Shown: in pieces, positions 27,201-39,686 of the stretch
How positions within the stretch are numbered: position 1 is the stretch's first letter
Layout of the letters: the number at the start of each line of letters is the position of its first letter
Origin: the human T2T-CHM13v2.0 reference genome, Homo sapiens
Length of the DNA stretch: 64,000 nt
Strand: one strand, 5' to 3'
Assembly (NCBI RefSeq): GCF_009914755.1
Contig: NC_060948.1
Made by a program: the position numbers and the translations under genes
The notes under the pieces: generated by a model
Databases searched by the model: none
What the model saw: the letters and a program-made list of their open reading frames with translations, nothing else
What the model was told of the DNA's origin: nothing

Positions 27201-27281
27201 ATTATGTAATGGCCTTCTTTGTCTTTTTTGATCTTTCTTGGTTTAAAGTCAGTTTTATCAGAGATTAAGATTGCAACTCCT
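24218..27281 (-). mobile_element. Inverted arm of twin-primed L1 (ORF2 5' part), split by a nested L1
   Basis: starts TGTTCATCAGG; EN-domain fragment GDFNTPLSILDRS...SDHSAIKLE; ends GATTGCAACTCC. Confidence 0.9.
24877..26520 (-). mobile_element. Young nested L1 (L1PA2-4-like), 5'-truncated
   Basis: GTTAGTTACATATGTATAC and TTTAGCATTAGG diagnostics; 217-aa ORF2 C-terminal fragment; TSD TTCTCTGTTTCTTT 24863-24876 / TTCTCCGTTTCTTT 26520-26533. Confidence 0.95.
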
Positions 27282-29767
27282 GATGAATATCAATATGGAA
27301 TTCTTCAATAAAATACTGTCAAACTGAACACAGCAGCATAATAAAACACTTATCCACCACAGTCAAGTCAGCTTCATTCCTGGGATGCAAGGCTGGTTCA
27401 ACATACATCAACAAATAAATGTAATCCATCCCATAAACAGAACCAATGACAAAAACTGCATTATTTCAATAGATGTAGAAAAGACCTTAAATAAAATTCA
27501 ACAGCCCTTCATACTAAAAGCTCTCAATAATCTAGGTATTGATGGAATGTATCTCAAAATAATAAGAGCCTTTTAAGACTAACTCACAGCCAATATCATA
27601 CTGAATGGGGAAAAACTGGAAGCATTCCCTTTGAAACTCAGCATGAGACAAGGATGCCCTCTCTCACCACTCCTATTCAACATAGTTTTTGGAAGTTCTA
27701 GCCACAGCAGTCAGGCAAAAAAAAAAAAAAAAAAAGAAGAAAGAAAGGGTATTCAAATACAAAAACAGGATGTCAAATTGTCTCTGTTTGCAGATGACAT
27801 GATTGTATATTTAGAACACTCCCTTGTCTCAGCCCAAAATCTCCTTAAGCTGATAAGCAACTTCAGTAAAGTCTCAGGATACAAAATCAATGTGCAAAAA
27901 TCACAAGCATTTTTGTACCCCAATTATAGAGAAACAGAGAGCCAAATCATGAGTTCACCTCCATTCACAATTGCTACAATGAGGTTAAAATAATTAGGAA
28001 TTCAACTTACAAGGGAGGTTAAGGACCTCTTCAAGGAGAACTATGAAGCACTTCTCAAGGATATAAGAGAGGACACAAACAAATGGAAAAATATTCCATA
28101 CTCATGGATGGGAAGGATAAATATTGTGAACATGGCCACAATGCCCAAAGTAATCTATAGGTTCAATGCTATCACCATCAAACTACCACTGACTTTATTT
28201 ACAGAAATAGAAAAAACTACTTTAAATTTTATATGTAATGAAAAAAGATCCCATATAGCCAAGAAAATCCTAAGCGAAAAGAACAAAGCTGCAGGCATAA
28301 CGCTACCTGACTTCAAACTATACTACAAGCCTACGGTAACTGAAACAACATGGTACCTGTACCAAAACAGATATATAGACCAATGGAACAGGACAGAGGC
28401 CTCAGAAATAATAATACAAAACTACAACCACCTGATCTTTGACAAACGTGACAAAAACAAGCAATGGGGAAAGGATTCCTTATTTAATAAATGGTGTTTG
28501 GAAAACAGGACATTCATATGCAGAAAATTGAACCTGGACCCTTTCCTCACACTGTATACAAAAGTCAACTCAAGATGAATGAAAGACTTAAATGTAAGAC
28601 CTAAAACTATAAACACCCTAGAAGAAAATCTAGACAATACCATTCAGGACATAGGCATGGGCAAAGAGTTCATGACTGAAACATCAAAAGCAATTGCACA
28701 AAAAGCCAACATTGATAAATGGGATATAACTAAAGTAAAAGCTTCTGCACAGCAAAAGAAACTATCATCAGAGTGAATAGGCAACCTACAGTATGGGAGA
28801 AAATTTTTGCAATCTCTCCATCTGACAAAGGTGTAATAGTCAGCATCTAGAAGGAACTTATTTACAAATTTATAAACAAATTTACAAGAAAAAAACTAAC
28901 AATCCCTCAAAAAGTAAGTGAAGGATATGAACTGACACTTCTCAAAAGAAGACATTTATGTGGCCAACAAACATGAGAAAAAGCTCGTCATCACTGGTCA
29001 TTAGAGAAATGCCAAGCAAAACCACAATTAGATACCATCTTATGCTAGTAAGAATGACGATCATTAAAAAGTGAGGAAACAACAGATGTTGGAGAAGATA
29101 TGGAGAAACAGGAACACTTTTACATGGTTGGTGGGAGTGTAAATTAGTTCAACAATTGTGGAAGACACCGTGTTGATTCCTTAGGGATATAGAACCAGAA
29201 ATATCATTTGACCCAGCAATTACATTACTGGGTATATATCCAAAGGATTACAAATCATTCTGCTGTAAAGACACATGCACACTTATGTTTATTGCAGCAC
29301 TATTCACAATAACAAAGACTTGTAACCAACCCAAATGCCCATTAATAACAGACTGAATAAAGAAGAATAGAGTGAATAAAGCATAAAGAATAAGTATTTC
29401 ATACACAGTATGCAATACTATGCAGCCATAAAAAATGAGTTCATGTCCTTTGCAGGGACATGGATGAAGCTAGAAACTGTCATTCTCAGCAAACTAACAC
29501 AGGAACTGAAAACCAAACATCACATATTCTCATTCATAAGTGGGAGTTGAACAGTGAAAACTCATAGACACAGGATGGGGAATACCATACACTAGGGCCT
29601 GTCTAGGGGTGGGGGGTAATGGGAGGGATAGCATTAGCCAAAAAACCTAGTGTAGATGATGGGTTAATGGGTGCAGCAAACTACCATGGCACGTGTATAC
29701 CTATTTAACAAACCTGCACGTTCTGCACATGTACCCCAGAACTTAAATTGTAATGAATTAAAAAAAG
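27282..29767 (+). mobile_element. Sense arm of twin-primed L1PA8-like element
   Basis: RT fragments ([22 protein letters not shown]), 3'UTR and A tail at 29760. Confidence 0.94.
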
Positions 29768-30165
29768 TAGGGGCAAAACTAATTTAAAGTCTAAGAAAAG
29801 GTGAGGGCAGGTGGAAAGTATTCCTAATATTCTTGATGATCACATAGTGCATAATAATCTGTAAATCTAATTTAACTTTGGAGATTTATCAAACAGGTAA
29901 TGACATTCTTCTATGTATCAGGCTTAATGGCCGCCTTCTCAAACATATTATGTGCTTATTCAGCAGACTAATGTGCTATTTCCATCTTCAAAAATGGAGA
30001 AAGAAATTGTGAGTGATACTATTAATTAGCACAAATAGGTTTGACTTTACTGGTAACATATTTGGAAAACAATGAGGACAAATAAATGAGAAACTAAGGA
30101 ATGAAAAAAAAAAAGATTAGAAATAACACTAGTAACTAAAACCAGAAAAAAATTACTAACCACTC

Positions 30166-30534
30166 TGATATATTTGGGACATATCTTCACCCAAATCTTG
30201 AATTGTAGCTTTTATAATTTCCAAATGTCAGAGGAGAGACCCAGTGGGAGGTAACTGACTCATGGGGCTGGGTCTTTCCAATGATGTTCTTGTGATAACC
30301 AATAAGTCTTATAAGACCTGTGGGTTTTATAAAAGGGAGTTCCCCTGCACATGCTTTCTCTCTCTTGCCTGCTGCCATATAAGATGTAACTTTGCTCCTT
30401 TTTTTTTGCTTTCCACAATGATCGTCAGGCCTTTCCACCCACGTGGAACTATGAGTCCATTAAACTTATTTTGCTTTATGAATTACCCAGTCTTGGGTAT
30501 GTCTTTATTAGCGGCATGAGAACAGACCAATACC
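30166..30534 (+). mobile_element. THE1 (C/D-like) solo LTR
   Basis: TGATAT start, CCCAGTGGGAGGTAA, AATTACCCAGTCTTGGGTATGTCTTTATTAGC end; 5-bp TSD CACTC/CACCT. Confidence 0.9.
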
Positions 30535-30902
30535 CACCTAAAACGCAATAATCTAAAAAACGCTGATAGAATACAAACTATATTATGATTTCAGGCATGT
30601 ATAATTAAATCTCATTTTATAGATATACAAGGAAAATGGTATACAAAGAATGGTGACTGTTGAATAATATGCTGTTCATTACCATTAACTATTTAAGTCT
30701 CAGGTTCACATTCCAGTGCAGATATAACCCACTGGAAGACAAATTACTGAGATTAAAATTCATTCTTTCCCTTGCCTTACAAAAATAAAGAAGGAATTGG
30801 ACTCAATTGTACCTTGAACATTTAATGACAAATATTAATAACAAGTTTTATTTTAACAGGCAGTAATCCATCTAGAAATAGGAACACTGATAAAGAACAT
30901 GA

Positions 30903-31019
30903 GGATGGGCACAGTGGCTCATGCCTATAATCTCAGCACTTTGGGAGGACAAGTTGGAAGGATCACCTGAGCCCAGGAGTTACAGTCAGCCTGGACAACA
31001 TAGTGTGACCTCATCTCTA

Positions 31020-31051
<32 letters not shown>

Positions 31052-31220
31052 CATAAGCATGTTGGCACATGCCTGTAAGTTCCAAATACTTTAGAGACTG
31101 AGGTGGGAGAATTGTTTGAGTAAGGAGTTTGAGGCTGCAGTGAGCCATGATAGTACCACTGCACTCCAGCCTGGGTGACAGTGAGACCCTGACTCTCAGA
31201 AAAACACACACACACACAAC
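30903..31220 (+). mobile_element. AluJ
   Basis: dimer with (AAAAC)n linker and CA tail; TSD AACATGA. Confidence 0.9.
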
Positions 31221-31589
31221 ATGAATTATGGAAACAAAATAAAATGAGAGCATGCCTGAGGACTTGAAGGAAGTCTTCGGAGATCTATGATTATCCATCA
31301 AGATAAAGTGTGCTATCAACCAGCATTCAATGAACCTTCAGAAAGCGTCAGATTTAAACAGTGTTTGACGATGGAGAGAAAATCAGTATGAGATGTTGGA
31401 AAAGGGTTAGGAGTGTCAAGAATGACAGCAACGCACATGCTATCTAAAGGAGATGAGAGATAGAATGTACAAACCCAGGAAAGAGAGGTAAGATATTGGA
31501 ACGGTTGGTTACATCTTTGGCAGGAAAACTGAAGGCGAAGAGGGAAATTCCATTCCTCGGGCATAAGACCTCTTACTGTATCTCTTGCT

Positions 31590-31700
31590 TACATATCGTC
31601 TGGGGATTGTGTTGGATTTAGACTCAGTAGATGAGGGTTGGGCCTGAGACCCTCCCTGTGCTGACACTGCTGGTCTGTGGACCACAGTTTGAGGAGCAAG
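31590..31700. mobile_element. MER5-like hAT MITE fragment
   Basis: GACTCAGTAG...GGGCCTGAGA...TGCTGGTCTGTGGACCACAGTTTGAG. Confidence 0.65.
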
Positions 31701-32230
31701 TCATCAGGACACTCTCCTACAGTGAGAGGTGATGCTGCAATATTGATCCCTGAAGCCATGTGGATGGCTGATTGGCTCCCCTGCTCCTTGCCAGAAGCAA
31801 CCATATTTATGGGCACTAGTGAGGCATAAAATGTGTGCACTGTATGCACTGGGGCAAAAAAAAAAAAAGGATTGGTATTCATACTCTCATACCATGTTAT
31901 GTGTAGGATATTGGGAAATTTACAAGTTGAGGAAGAAACAAGAAGGGGAAAAAAAGAAAACCTCAAAAAACAAACAAACAAAAAACAAAGAATGGAGATG
32001 CCATTACAACTATTTAGAAAATTAAAAGATGCATAATTTTGAAAGGAAAGGCTGTTTGTTTACTATGAACTCATGTGTCCTAAGATGGTAGCTCCTCCTT
32101 GAAACTTATTCTGTTTATTTAGTTGACCATATTTTAGCATGTATTGTTCACATTTTCCTTAGCTTCTAACCTGTCACCTTGTTGTGCTTAAGGTGCAGAG
32201 TGGAAGTTCAGTTAAAGTTATTGAAGTAAA

Positions 32231-32719
32231 TATGATTGGCAGAATTTTGGCCTCCATGACTTTTGGCCCTTTGTGTTCCTTCCATGGTTATGTGATGTTG
32301 CATGGCAAAAGAGAGTATACAGATATCATTATCATCAGTTGACCTTAAAAGAGGGAGATTTTTCTGGTTTACTAGGGTGGGACCAATGTAATCAGGAGTC
32401 CTCAATAGCTGAGAATTTTGCTGGCTCAGGAGGAAGAGATGTGGCAGCAGAGATGTCCTACTGAGACCTCAGTCCTAGAACTGCAAGGAACAAACAAAAT
32501 TCTTCCAAGACCTAAATGAACCGGGAAGCATATTCTCCTCCAGAGCCTCCAGATAAGAACCCAGACTGCTTAACAACTTAATTTTAGCCTTGTGAGGAAC
32601 TTCCAAGCGAAGCCCACTCCATATTCTGACCTATACAAGGGTGAGATGATAAATTAGCATCATCTTCAGTTGCCTATTTCATGGAAGTTTATTATAACAG
32701 CAATAGAACATGAATATGG
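32231..32719 (+). mobile_element. MLT1 (E/F-like) LTR
   Basis: GGCAGAATT start, CTCAGTCCTA..ACTGCAAGGAAC, CCAGAGCCTCCAGATAAGAACCCAG, CAGCAATAGAA end. Confidence 0.8.
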
Positions 32720-32720
32720 A

Positions 32721-33016
32721 GGCCAGGCACAGTGGTACATGCCTGTAATCCCAACACTTTGGGAGGCTTAGGTGGGCAGATTACTTGAGGTCATGTGTTG
32801 GAGATGAGCCTGCCCAACACTGTGAAATCCCTTCCTACGAAAAATACAAAAATTAGCCGGACATGGCGGCGGGTGCCTGCAATCCCAGCTACTCAGGAGG
32901 CTGAGGCAGGAGAATCACTTGAACCTGGGAGGTGGAGGTTGCTGTGAGTTGAGATTTTGCCATTGCACTACAGGCTGGGTTACATAGCGAAACTCTTTCT
33001 CAAAGAAAAAAAAAAA
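32721..33016 (+). mobile_element. AluSx-like
   Basis: full dimer; TSD ATGAATATGG. Confidence 0.94.
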
Positions 33017-33734
33017 TGAATATGGTGAGCACCAGAAAGTGCAGGACTTGTGATAGAATTCTAGGAGTTGCTTGCACAGCTGGATAACGTTTTGAAGTAG
33101 GAAAGGGAACACATGATTTCAATGGAGCAAGTAAAAGATGTGAGGAGAGAAAATGAGCCTCGAGAGGAAAGGAAGAAAGCCAGGATTCCAGCTGGTGTTG
33201 AGTCCATGGAAGGAGAAAAGGATAAAGAAGTTGGAGGGGAACAAAAGGGGGAGAGAGAGCTGCAGAGGGACAGTGGATGTGTGGATCTGCAGGTCTCCTG
33301 TAAGCTGTGAGAGCCTGGTTTGTCAGGTAGTGCTAAGGTAAAGAAGATTCAAGCATGAGCTACTGTGTAGGAAGTGAGATGTGAAGATAGGCAGTCATGG
33401 CAGGTTCCACTCTTGTTTCCTTTAGAATGGTGTGAAAGTTCCAATATAGAGTGAATGGCACATCTGAGGAAGCCAGGGAAAGGGGTCGTTTTTTGAGAAT
33501 AAGAGAAGCTTGCTTCTGAATTTAGACTGTGGAAAAGCTTCTGCAAAGTGGGCTTTGAAGATGCAAGACAGAGTGGAGTAAATGGGTAGAAAAAGACAGT
33601 GGAGGAAGCCTGGGAAGGGATCAAGGCATTCTGCTGTTGTTTCTTCTGACTCATTTATTCCATTTTAGTCCATGACAAAACAGACAATGGCCTGACCCAC
33701 CGTCTGCTTTATAAGGCTGATATCAAAATAATCC

Positions 33735-34036
33735 TTTTATTTTTTTTTCTTTTATTGAGACAGGGCTTTACTCTGTTTTCCAGGTTGGAGTGCAGTGGTG
33801 TGATGTTGTATCACTGAAGCCTCTACCTCCTGAGCGCAAGCAATCCTCCCACCTCAGCCTCCCAAGTAGCTGTAACTACAGGCATGCAACACCAAGCCCA
33901 GCAAATTTTTAAATTTTTTTTGTAGACTCCAGGTCTCACTATATTGCCCAGGCTGGTCTTGAACTCCTGGGCTGAAGCAATCCTCCAGCTTCAGCCAATC
34001 AAAGTGCAGACATTACAGGAGTGAGCTACAGTGCCC
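33735..34036 (-). mobile_element. AluJ
   Basis: full dimer, poly-T at left. Confidence 0.9.
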
Positions 34037-34432
34037 AATCCCTTTAGTCTTAAATAGTTATCTTCAAGGAATTAAATTGACCATCTTTTACAATGTATTG
34101 ACCACACCTCCTCTGCTTGCAAGCCTCTGGGTCAAGACTCTCAGTCCTTCTTTCTAAGATTCCCTCTTCATTGCTATTGCCCTGATTTCTGTTTGTGTTC
34201 TGCCCAGATAACCCCTTCACATCTCATTGTCATCCATACATACTCTTCAAAAATGTCAACAGAATTTGGAGACTTTGTGCTTACTACTTTCTCTGTGTTG
34301 GAGGAAAGACACATTGCTCAGTCTTTATTTTCTTCAATTCTCTTCTCAAACATCCCCTTATTAGAGAAGCTTTCCTTAAATACTCTTTATACAATGGCAA
34401 TCCCAAATTCCAGCTTATTATTCCTTCTCTAA

Positions 34433-34476
<44 letters not shown>
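34433..34476 (+). repeat. (TATC)11 STR, probably Y-STR DYS508
   Basis: 11 units counted. Flanks ACAATGGCAATCCCAAATTC (34391-34410) and ATCCATCCCACCTTATTTGTTC (34546-34567) match DYS508 primers as I recall them and span 177 bp. Confidence 0.85.
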
Positions 34477-34671
34477 ATCTATATCTACTCTCTGCATATC
34501 ATCTATCACCTATATTATTATCTATAATCTGTCTACCTAATATCTATCCATCCCACCTTATTTGTTCTATCAATCTATCTAATCTAATCTATCTAATCTA
34601 TCCATCCATCCATCTTATTTTTCCTATTTCCTTCCTTTCTTCCTATCTATTCATCTTATCTGTCCTATTTA

Positions 34672-34770
34672 TTTCCTTCCTTCCTTCCTCCTTCCTTCCT
34701 TCCTTCTTTCCTTCCCTCCTCTCTCTCTCTTTCTTTCTCCCTCTGTTTCTTTCTCTTTCTTTCTTTCTTT

Positions 34771-34805
<35 letters not shown>

Positions 34806-34832
34806 CTTTCTTTCTCTTTCTTTCTTTCTTTC

Positions 34833-34875
<43 letters not shown>

Positions 34876-34904
34876 CTTTCTTTCTTTCCTTTTTCTTTTT
34901 TCTC
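34672..34904 (+). repeat. Compound (CCTT)/(CT)/(CTTT) polypyrimidine STR
   Basis: 233 nt with one purine (G34745); contains (TTTC)9 and (TTTC)10 runs. Confidence 0.97.
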
Positions 34905-35044
34905 ATTTATCCTGTTATCTACCTATCTTCTATTTATCTATCATCTATCCTATCTATCTACCTATCTTCTATTTATCAACATCTATCTATCTTCCATTTA
35001 TTGATCACCTATCTTATCTATCTTCTACATTCAATATGAATACA

Positions 35045-35135
35045 TGGGAGTAGGACTTTGTTTCATGTTCTCAGTGGCTAGAATAGCACATAGCATATAG
35101 TAGACATTCAAAAATGTTTGTTGCAGAGTGAATGA
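35045..35135 (+). mobile_element. L2 3' end
   Basis: GTAGGACTTTG...CTAGAATAG...CATATAGTAGACATTCAAAAATGTTTGTTG. Confidence 0.65.
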
Positions 35136-35244
35136 CATTTATTGGTCTACCCAGCGTGGAGTCCTGGAAGTAACATGAATTCAGAGAGAAAATACATAAA
35201 ATTGTTAATCTTCTGTGCACTGGGTTTCTATCATAATGCATAGA

Positions 35245-35606
35245 TGCTAATATGGTTTGAATATTTGTATCCTCCCAAAATTCCTATGTTGAAACCCTCA
35301 TTGCCAGGGTGATGGTATTAGGAGGTGGGGCTTTGGGAGTTAATAAGCTCATAAGGGTGGAGCCCTCCTGGATGGGATTAATGCACTTATAAAAGGGACC
35401 CCAGAGAGGCCTCTCACTCCTTCCACCATGTGAGGATGCAGAGAGAAGGTGCCATCTAAAAAACAGGAACTGAGTCATTTCCAGACAGTAAATCTACCAC
35501 ACATTGATCGTGGACTTCCAGCATCCAAGACTGTGTGAAATACATTTCTGTTGTTTATAAGACACCCAGTTTATGGTATTTTGTTACATCAGCCTGAAAA
35601 AACTAG
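35245..35606 (+). mobile_element. MLT1A0-like solo LTR
   Basis: TATGGTTTGAAT, GGTATTAGGAGGTGGGGC, ACCCAGTTTATGGTATTTTGTTA. Confidence 0.88.
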
Positions 35607-35952
35607 TTTTTCATATTTTCATCTTTGCTTTTACAGCAAAACTGAGTTTATACATTATTAAGAATAATATAATATCAACTACCAATCTTGTAAGAAGTTT
35701 TATTCTTACCAAACTGTTTTTATTATTGTTTTTGAAACCATACCCCCATCTCCCTTGAGTGTTGGTAATTATTAGATGTCAAATAGTTAACATACTTACA
35801 TAATATTTAAGATATATGTATTATGGAATAATATTTTCTAATTCATTTTCCATCAAGAAAATGGAGGAAAGCTAAGAATAACAGAATTTTATTCACACAA
35901 TGAATGTATAAAATCATGAAATATGTTTACCTCTTGAAATATACCACTTTGC

Positions 35953-37166
35953 TTAGAATAGCCTCAGAAGGAATGGTACCAGCTCTTCTTTGTACCTCTG
36001 GTAGAATTCAGCTGTAAATGCATCTGGTCCTGGACCTTTTTGGGTTGGTAGGCGATTAATTATTGCCTCAATTTCAGAACCTGTTATTGGTCTATTCAGA
36101 GATTCAACTCCTTCCTGGTTTAGTCTTGAGAGGTTGTATGTGTCCAGGAATTTATCCATTTCTTCTGGATTTTCTAATTTATTTTCATAGAGGTGTTTAT
36201 AGTATTCTCTGATGGTAGTTTGTATTTCTGTGGAATTGGTGGTGTTATCTCTTTTATCATTTTTATTGCATCTATTAGATTGTTCCATCTTTTCTTCTTT
36301 GTTAGTCTGGTTAGCGGTCTATTTTGTTGATCTTTTCAAAAAACCAGCTCCTGGATTCACTGATTTATTGAAGGACTTTTATGTCTCTATCTCCTTCAGT
36401 TCTGCTCTGATCTTAGTTATTTGTTGCCTTTTGCTAGCTTTTGAATTTGTTTGCTCTTGCTTCTCTAGTTATTTTATTTGTGATGTTAGGGTGTCAGTTA
36501 TAGATCTTTCCTGTTTTCTCTCATGGGCATTTAGTGCTGTAAAGTTCCCTCTACACACTGCTTTAAATGTGTCCCAGAGATTCTGGTATGCTGTGTATTT
36601 GTTCTCATTGGTTTCAAAGAACTTACTTATTTCTGCCTTAATTTCCTATTTATCCAGTAGTCATTCAGGAGCAGATTGATCAGTTTCCATGTAGTTGTGC
36701 AGTTTTGAGTTAGTTTCTTAATCCTGAATTCTAATTTTATTGCACTGTGGTCTGAGTGACAGTTTGTTGTGATTTCTGTTCCTGTCCATTTGCTGCAGCA
36801 TCTTTTACTTCCAATTATGTGGCCAGTTTTAGAATAAGTGTGATGTGGTGCTGAGAAGAATGTATATTATGTTGATTTGGGGTAGAGAATTCTGTAGATG
36901 TCTATTAGGTCAGCTTGGTCCAGAGTTGAGTTCAAGTCCTGGATATCTTTATTAACTGTCAGTCTCATTGTTCTGTCTAATATTGACAGTGGGGTGTTAA
37001 AGTCTCCCACTATTATTGTGTGGGAGTCTAATTCTCTGTGTAAGTCTCTAAGGACTTGCTTTAGAATCTGGGTATTCCAGTGTTGGTTGCATATATATTT
37101 AGGATAGTTAGCTATTCTTGTTAAATTGATCCCTTTAACATTATACATTATATAATGGCCTTCTTT
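35953..37166 (-). mobile_element. Inverted arm of twin-primed L1PA7-like element
   Basis: ORF2 fragments ([12 protein letters not shown]; IIVGDFNTPLS) directly after TSD 35936-35952. Confidence 0.95.
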
Positions 37167-37190
37167 AGGAATCTTAGTAGTCCTCCTTAA

Positions 37191-39686
37191 GAATCCTCCA
37201 TAACTCACTTTAGGAGGCCAACATTATCCTGATACCAAATCCTGGCCAAGACACAACAACAACACAAAATTTTTAGGCCAATATCCCTGAAGAACATCGA
37301 TATGAAAATCCTCAATAAAATACTGGGAAACTGAATCCAGCAGCATATCAAAAAGCTTATCCATCACAAATAAGTCAGCTTCATCCCTGGGATGCAAGGC
37401 TGGCTCAACATACACAAATCAATAAACATAATTCATCACATAAACAGAACGAATGAGAAAAAACATATTGTTATTTCAATAGATGCAGAAAAGGCTTCGA
37501 CAAAATTCAACAGCGCTTCATGCTAAAAATTCTCAATAAATTTGGTATTGACGGGATGTATCTCAAAATAATAAGTGTTGTTTATGACAAATCCACAGCC
37601 AATATTATACTGAATGCACAAAAACTGGAAACATTCTTTTTGAAAACTGGCAAAAGATGAGGATGCCCTCTCTCACCACTCCTATTCAATGTAGTGTTCT
37701 AAGTTCTGGCCAGGGCAATTAGGCAAGAGGAAGAAATAAATGGTATTCAGTTAGGAAAAGAGGATGTCACATTGGCTCTGTTTGCAGATGACATGATTGT
37801 ATATTTAGAAAACCTCATTGTCTCAGCCCAAAATCTCCTTAAGCTGATAAGCAACTTCAGCAAAGTCTCAGGATACAAAGTCAATGTGAAAAAATCACAA
37901 GCATTTTTATGCACCAATTATAGAGAAACAGAGAGCCAAATCATGAGTGAACTCTCATTTACAATTAATAAAAAGAGAATAAAATACCTAGGCCTCAAAC
38001 TTACAAGTGATATGAAGGACTTCCTAAAGGAGAACTACAAACCACTGCTCAATGAAATGAAAGAGGACACAAAAAAATGGAAGAACATTCCATGTTCATG
38101 GATAGGAAGAATGAATATTGTGAAAATGGCCATAATACCCAAGGTAATTTATAGATTCTATGCAATCCATCTCAAGCTACTATTGACTTTCTTCACAGAA
38201 CTGGAAAAAAAAAAGTACTTTAAAGTTTATTTGGAACCAAAACAAGAGCCTGCATACACAGGACAATCCTAAGCAAAAAGAACAAAGCTGTGGGCATCAC
38301 ACTACCTGACTTCAAACGATATTACAAGGCTACAGTAACCAAAACAGCATGGTGCTTGTACCAAAACATATATATAGACCCATGGAACAAAACAGAGGCC
38401 TCAGAAATAATACCACACATCTACAACCACCTGATCTTTGACAAACCTGACAAAATCAAGAAATGGGGAAATGATTCACTATTTAATAAATGGTGCTGGA
38501 AAACTGGCTAGCCATATGTAGAAAGCTGAGACTGATCCCTTCCTTACACCTTATACAAAAATTAACTCAAGATGGATTAAAGACTTAAATGTAAGACATG
38601 TAACTAGAAAAATCCTAGAAGAAAACCTATGCAATACCTTTCAGGAAATAGGCATGGGCAAAGATTTCATGACTAAAATGCCAAAAGCCAAAATAGATGA
38701 ATGGGGTCTAAATAAACTAAATAGCTTCTGCACAGCAAAATAAATTATCATCGGAGTGAACAGGCAACCTACAGAATGGGAGAAAATTTTTGGAATCTAC
38801 ACATCTGATGAAGGGCTTAATATCCAGAATTCACAAATAACTTAAACAAATGTACAATAAAAAAACAAACGACTCCCTCAAAAAGTGGGCAAAGGATATG
38901 AATAGACACTTCTCAAAAGAAGATATTTATGCAGCCAACAGACATATGAAAAAACACCCAGCATCACTGGTCATCAGAGAAATGCAAATCAAAACCCCAA
39001 TGGGATATCATCTCAAAACAACAAATGCTGGAGAGGATGTGGAGAGATAGGAACACTTTTCCACTGTTGGTGGGAGTTTAAATTAGTTCAACCATTGTGG
39101 AAGACAGTGTGGTGATTCCTCAAGGATCTAGAACTAGAAATATCATTTGATTCAGCAATCCCATTACTGGCTGTATACCCAGAGGATTATAAATCATGCT
39201 ACTATAAAAGATGCATGCACACATACATTTACTGTTGCACTATTCACAGTAGCAGGATAGCAGTCTTGGAACCAACCCAATGTCCATCAGTGACAGACTA
39301 GATTAAGAAAATGTGGCACATATACATCATGAATACTATGCAGCCATGAAAAAGGATGGGTTCATGTCCTTTGTGGGGACTTGGATGAAGCTGGAACCAT
39401 CATTCTCAGAACCTTCACACAAGGACAGAAAACCAAACACCGCATGTTCTCACTTATATGTGGGAGTTGAACAATGAAAACACATAGACACAGCATGGGG
39501 AGCATCACACACGAAGGCCTGCTGGGGATTGTGGGGCTGAGGGAGGGATAGCATTAGGAGAAACACCTAATATGAATGATGAGTTGATGGGTGCAGCAAA
39601 CCAATATGGCACATGTATACCTAGGTAACAAAGCTGCACATTCTGCACTTGTACCCTAGAACTTAAAGTATAATAATAAAAAAAGA
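37191..39686 (+). mobile_element. Sense arm of twin-primed L1PA7-like element
   Basis: RT fragment [12 protein letters not shown], 3'UTR, A tail; perfect 17-bp TSD GAAATATACCACTTTGC at 35936-35952 and 39687-39703. Confidence 0.96.

Noticed and set aside
23281-29790. Weak inverted similarity between the flanks of the L1 chimera (TTTTGCTC vs GGGCAAAA)
   Set aside because: Too short and low-complexity to call a TSD or inverted duplication
34643-34906. Lys/Arg/Glu-rich 87-aa ORF
   Set aside because: Translation of the (AAAG)n microsatellite
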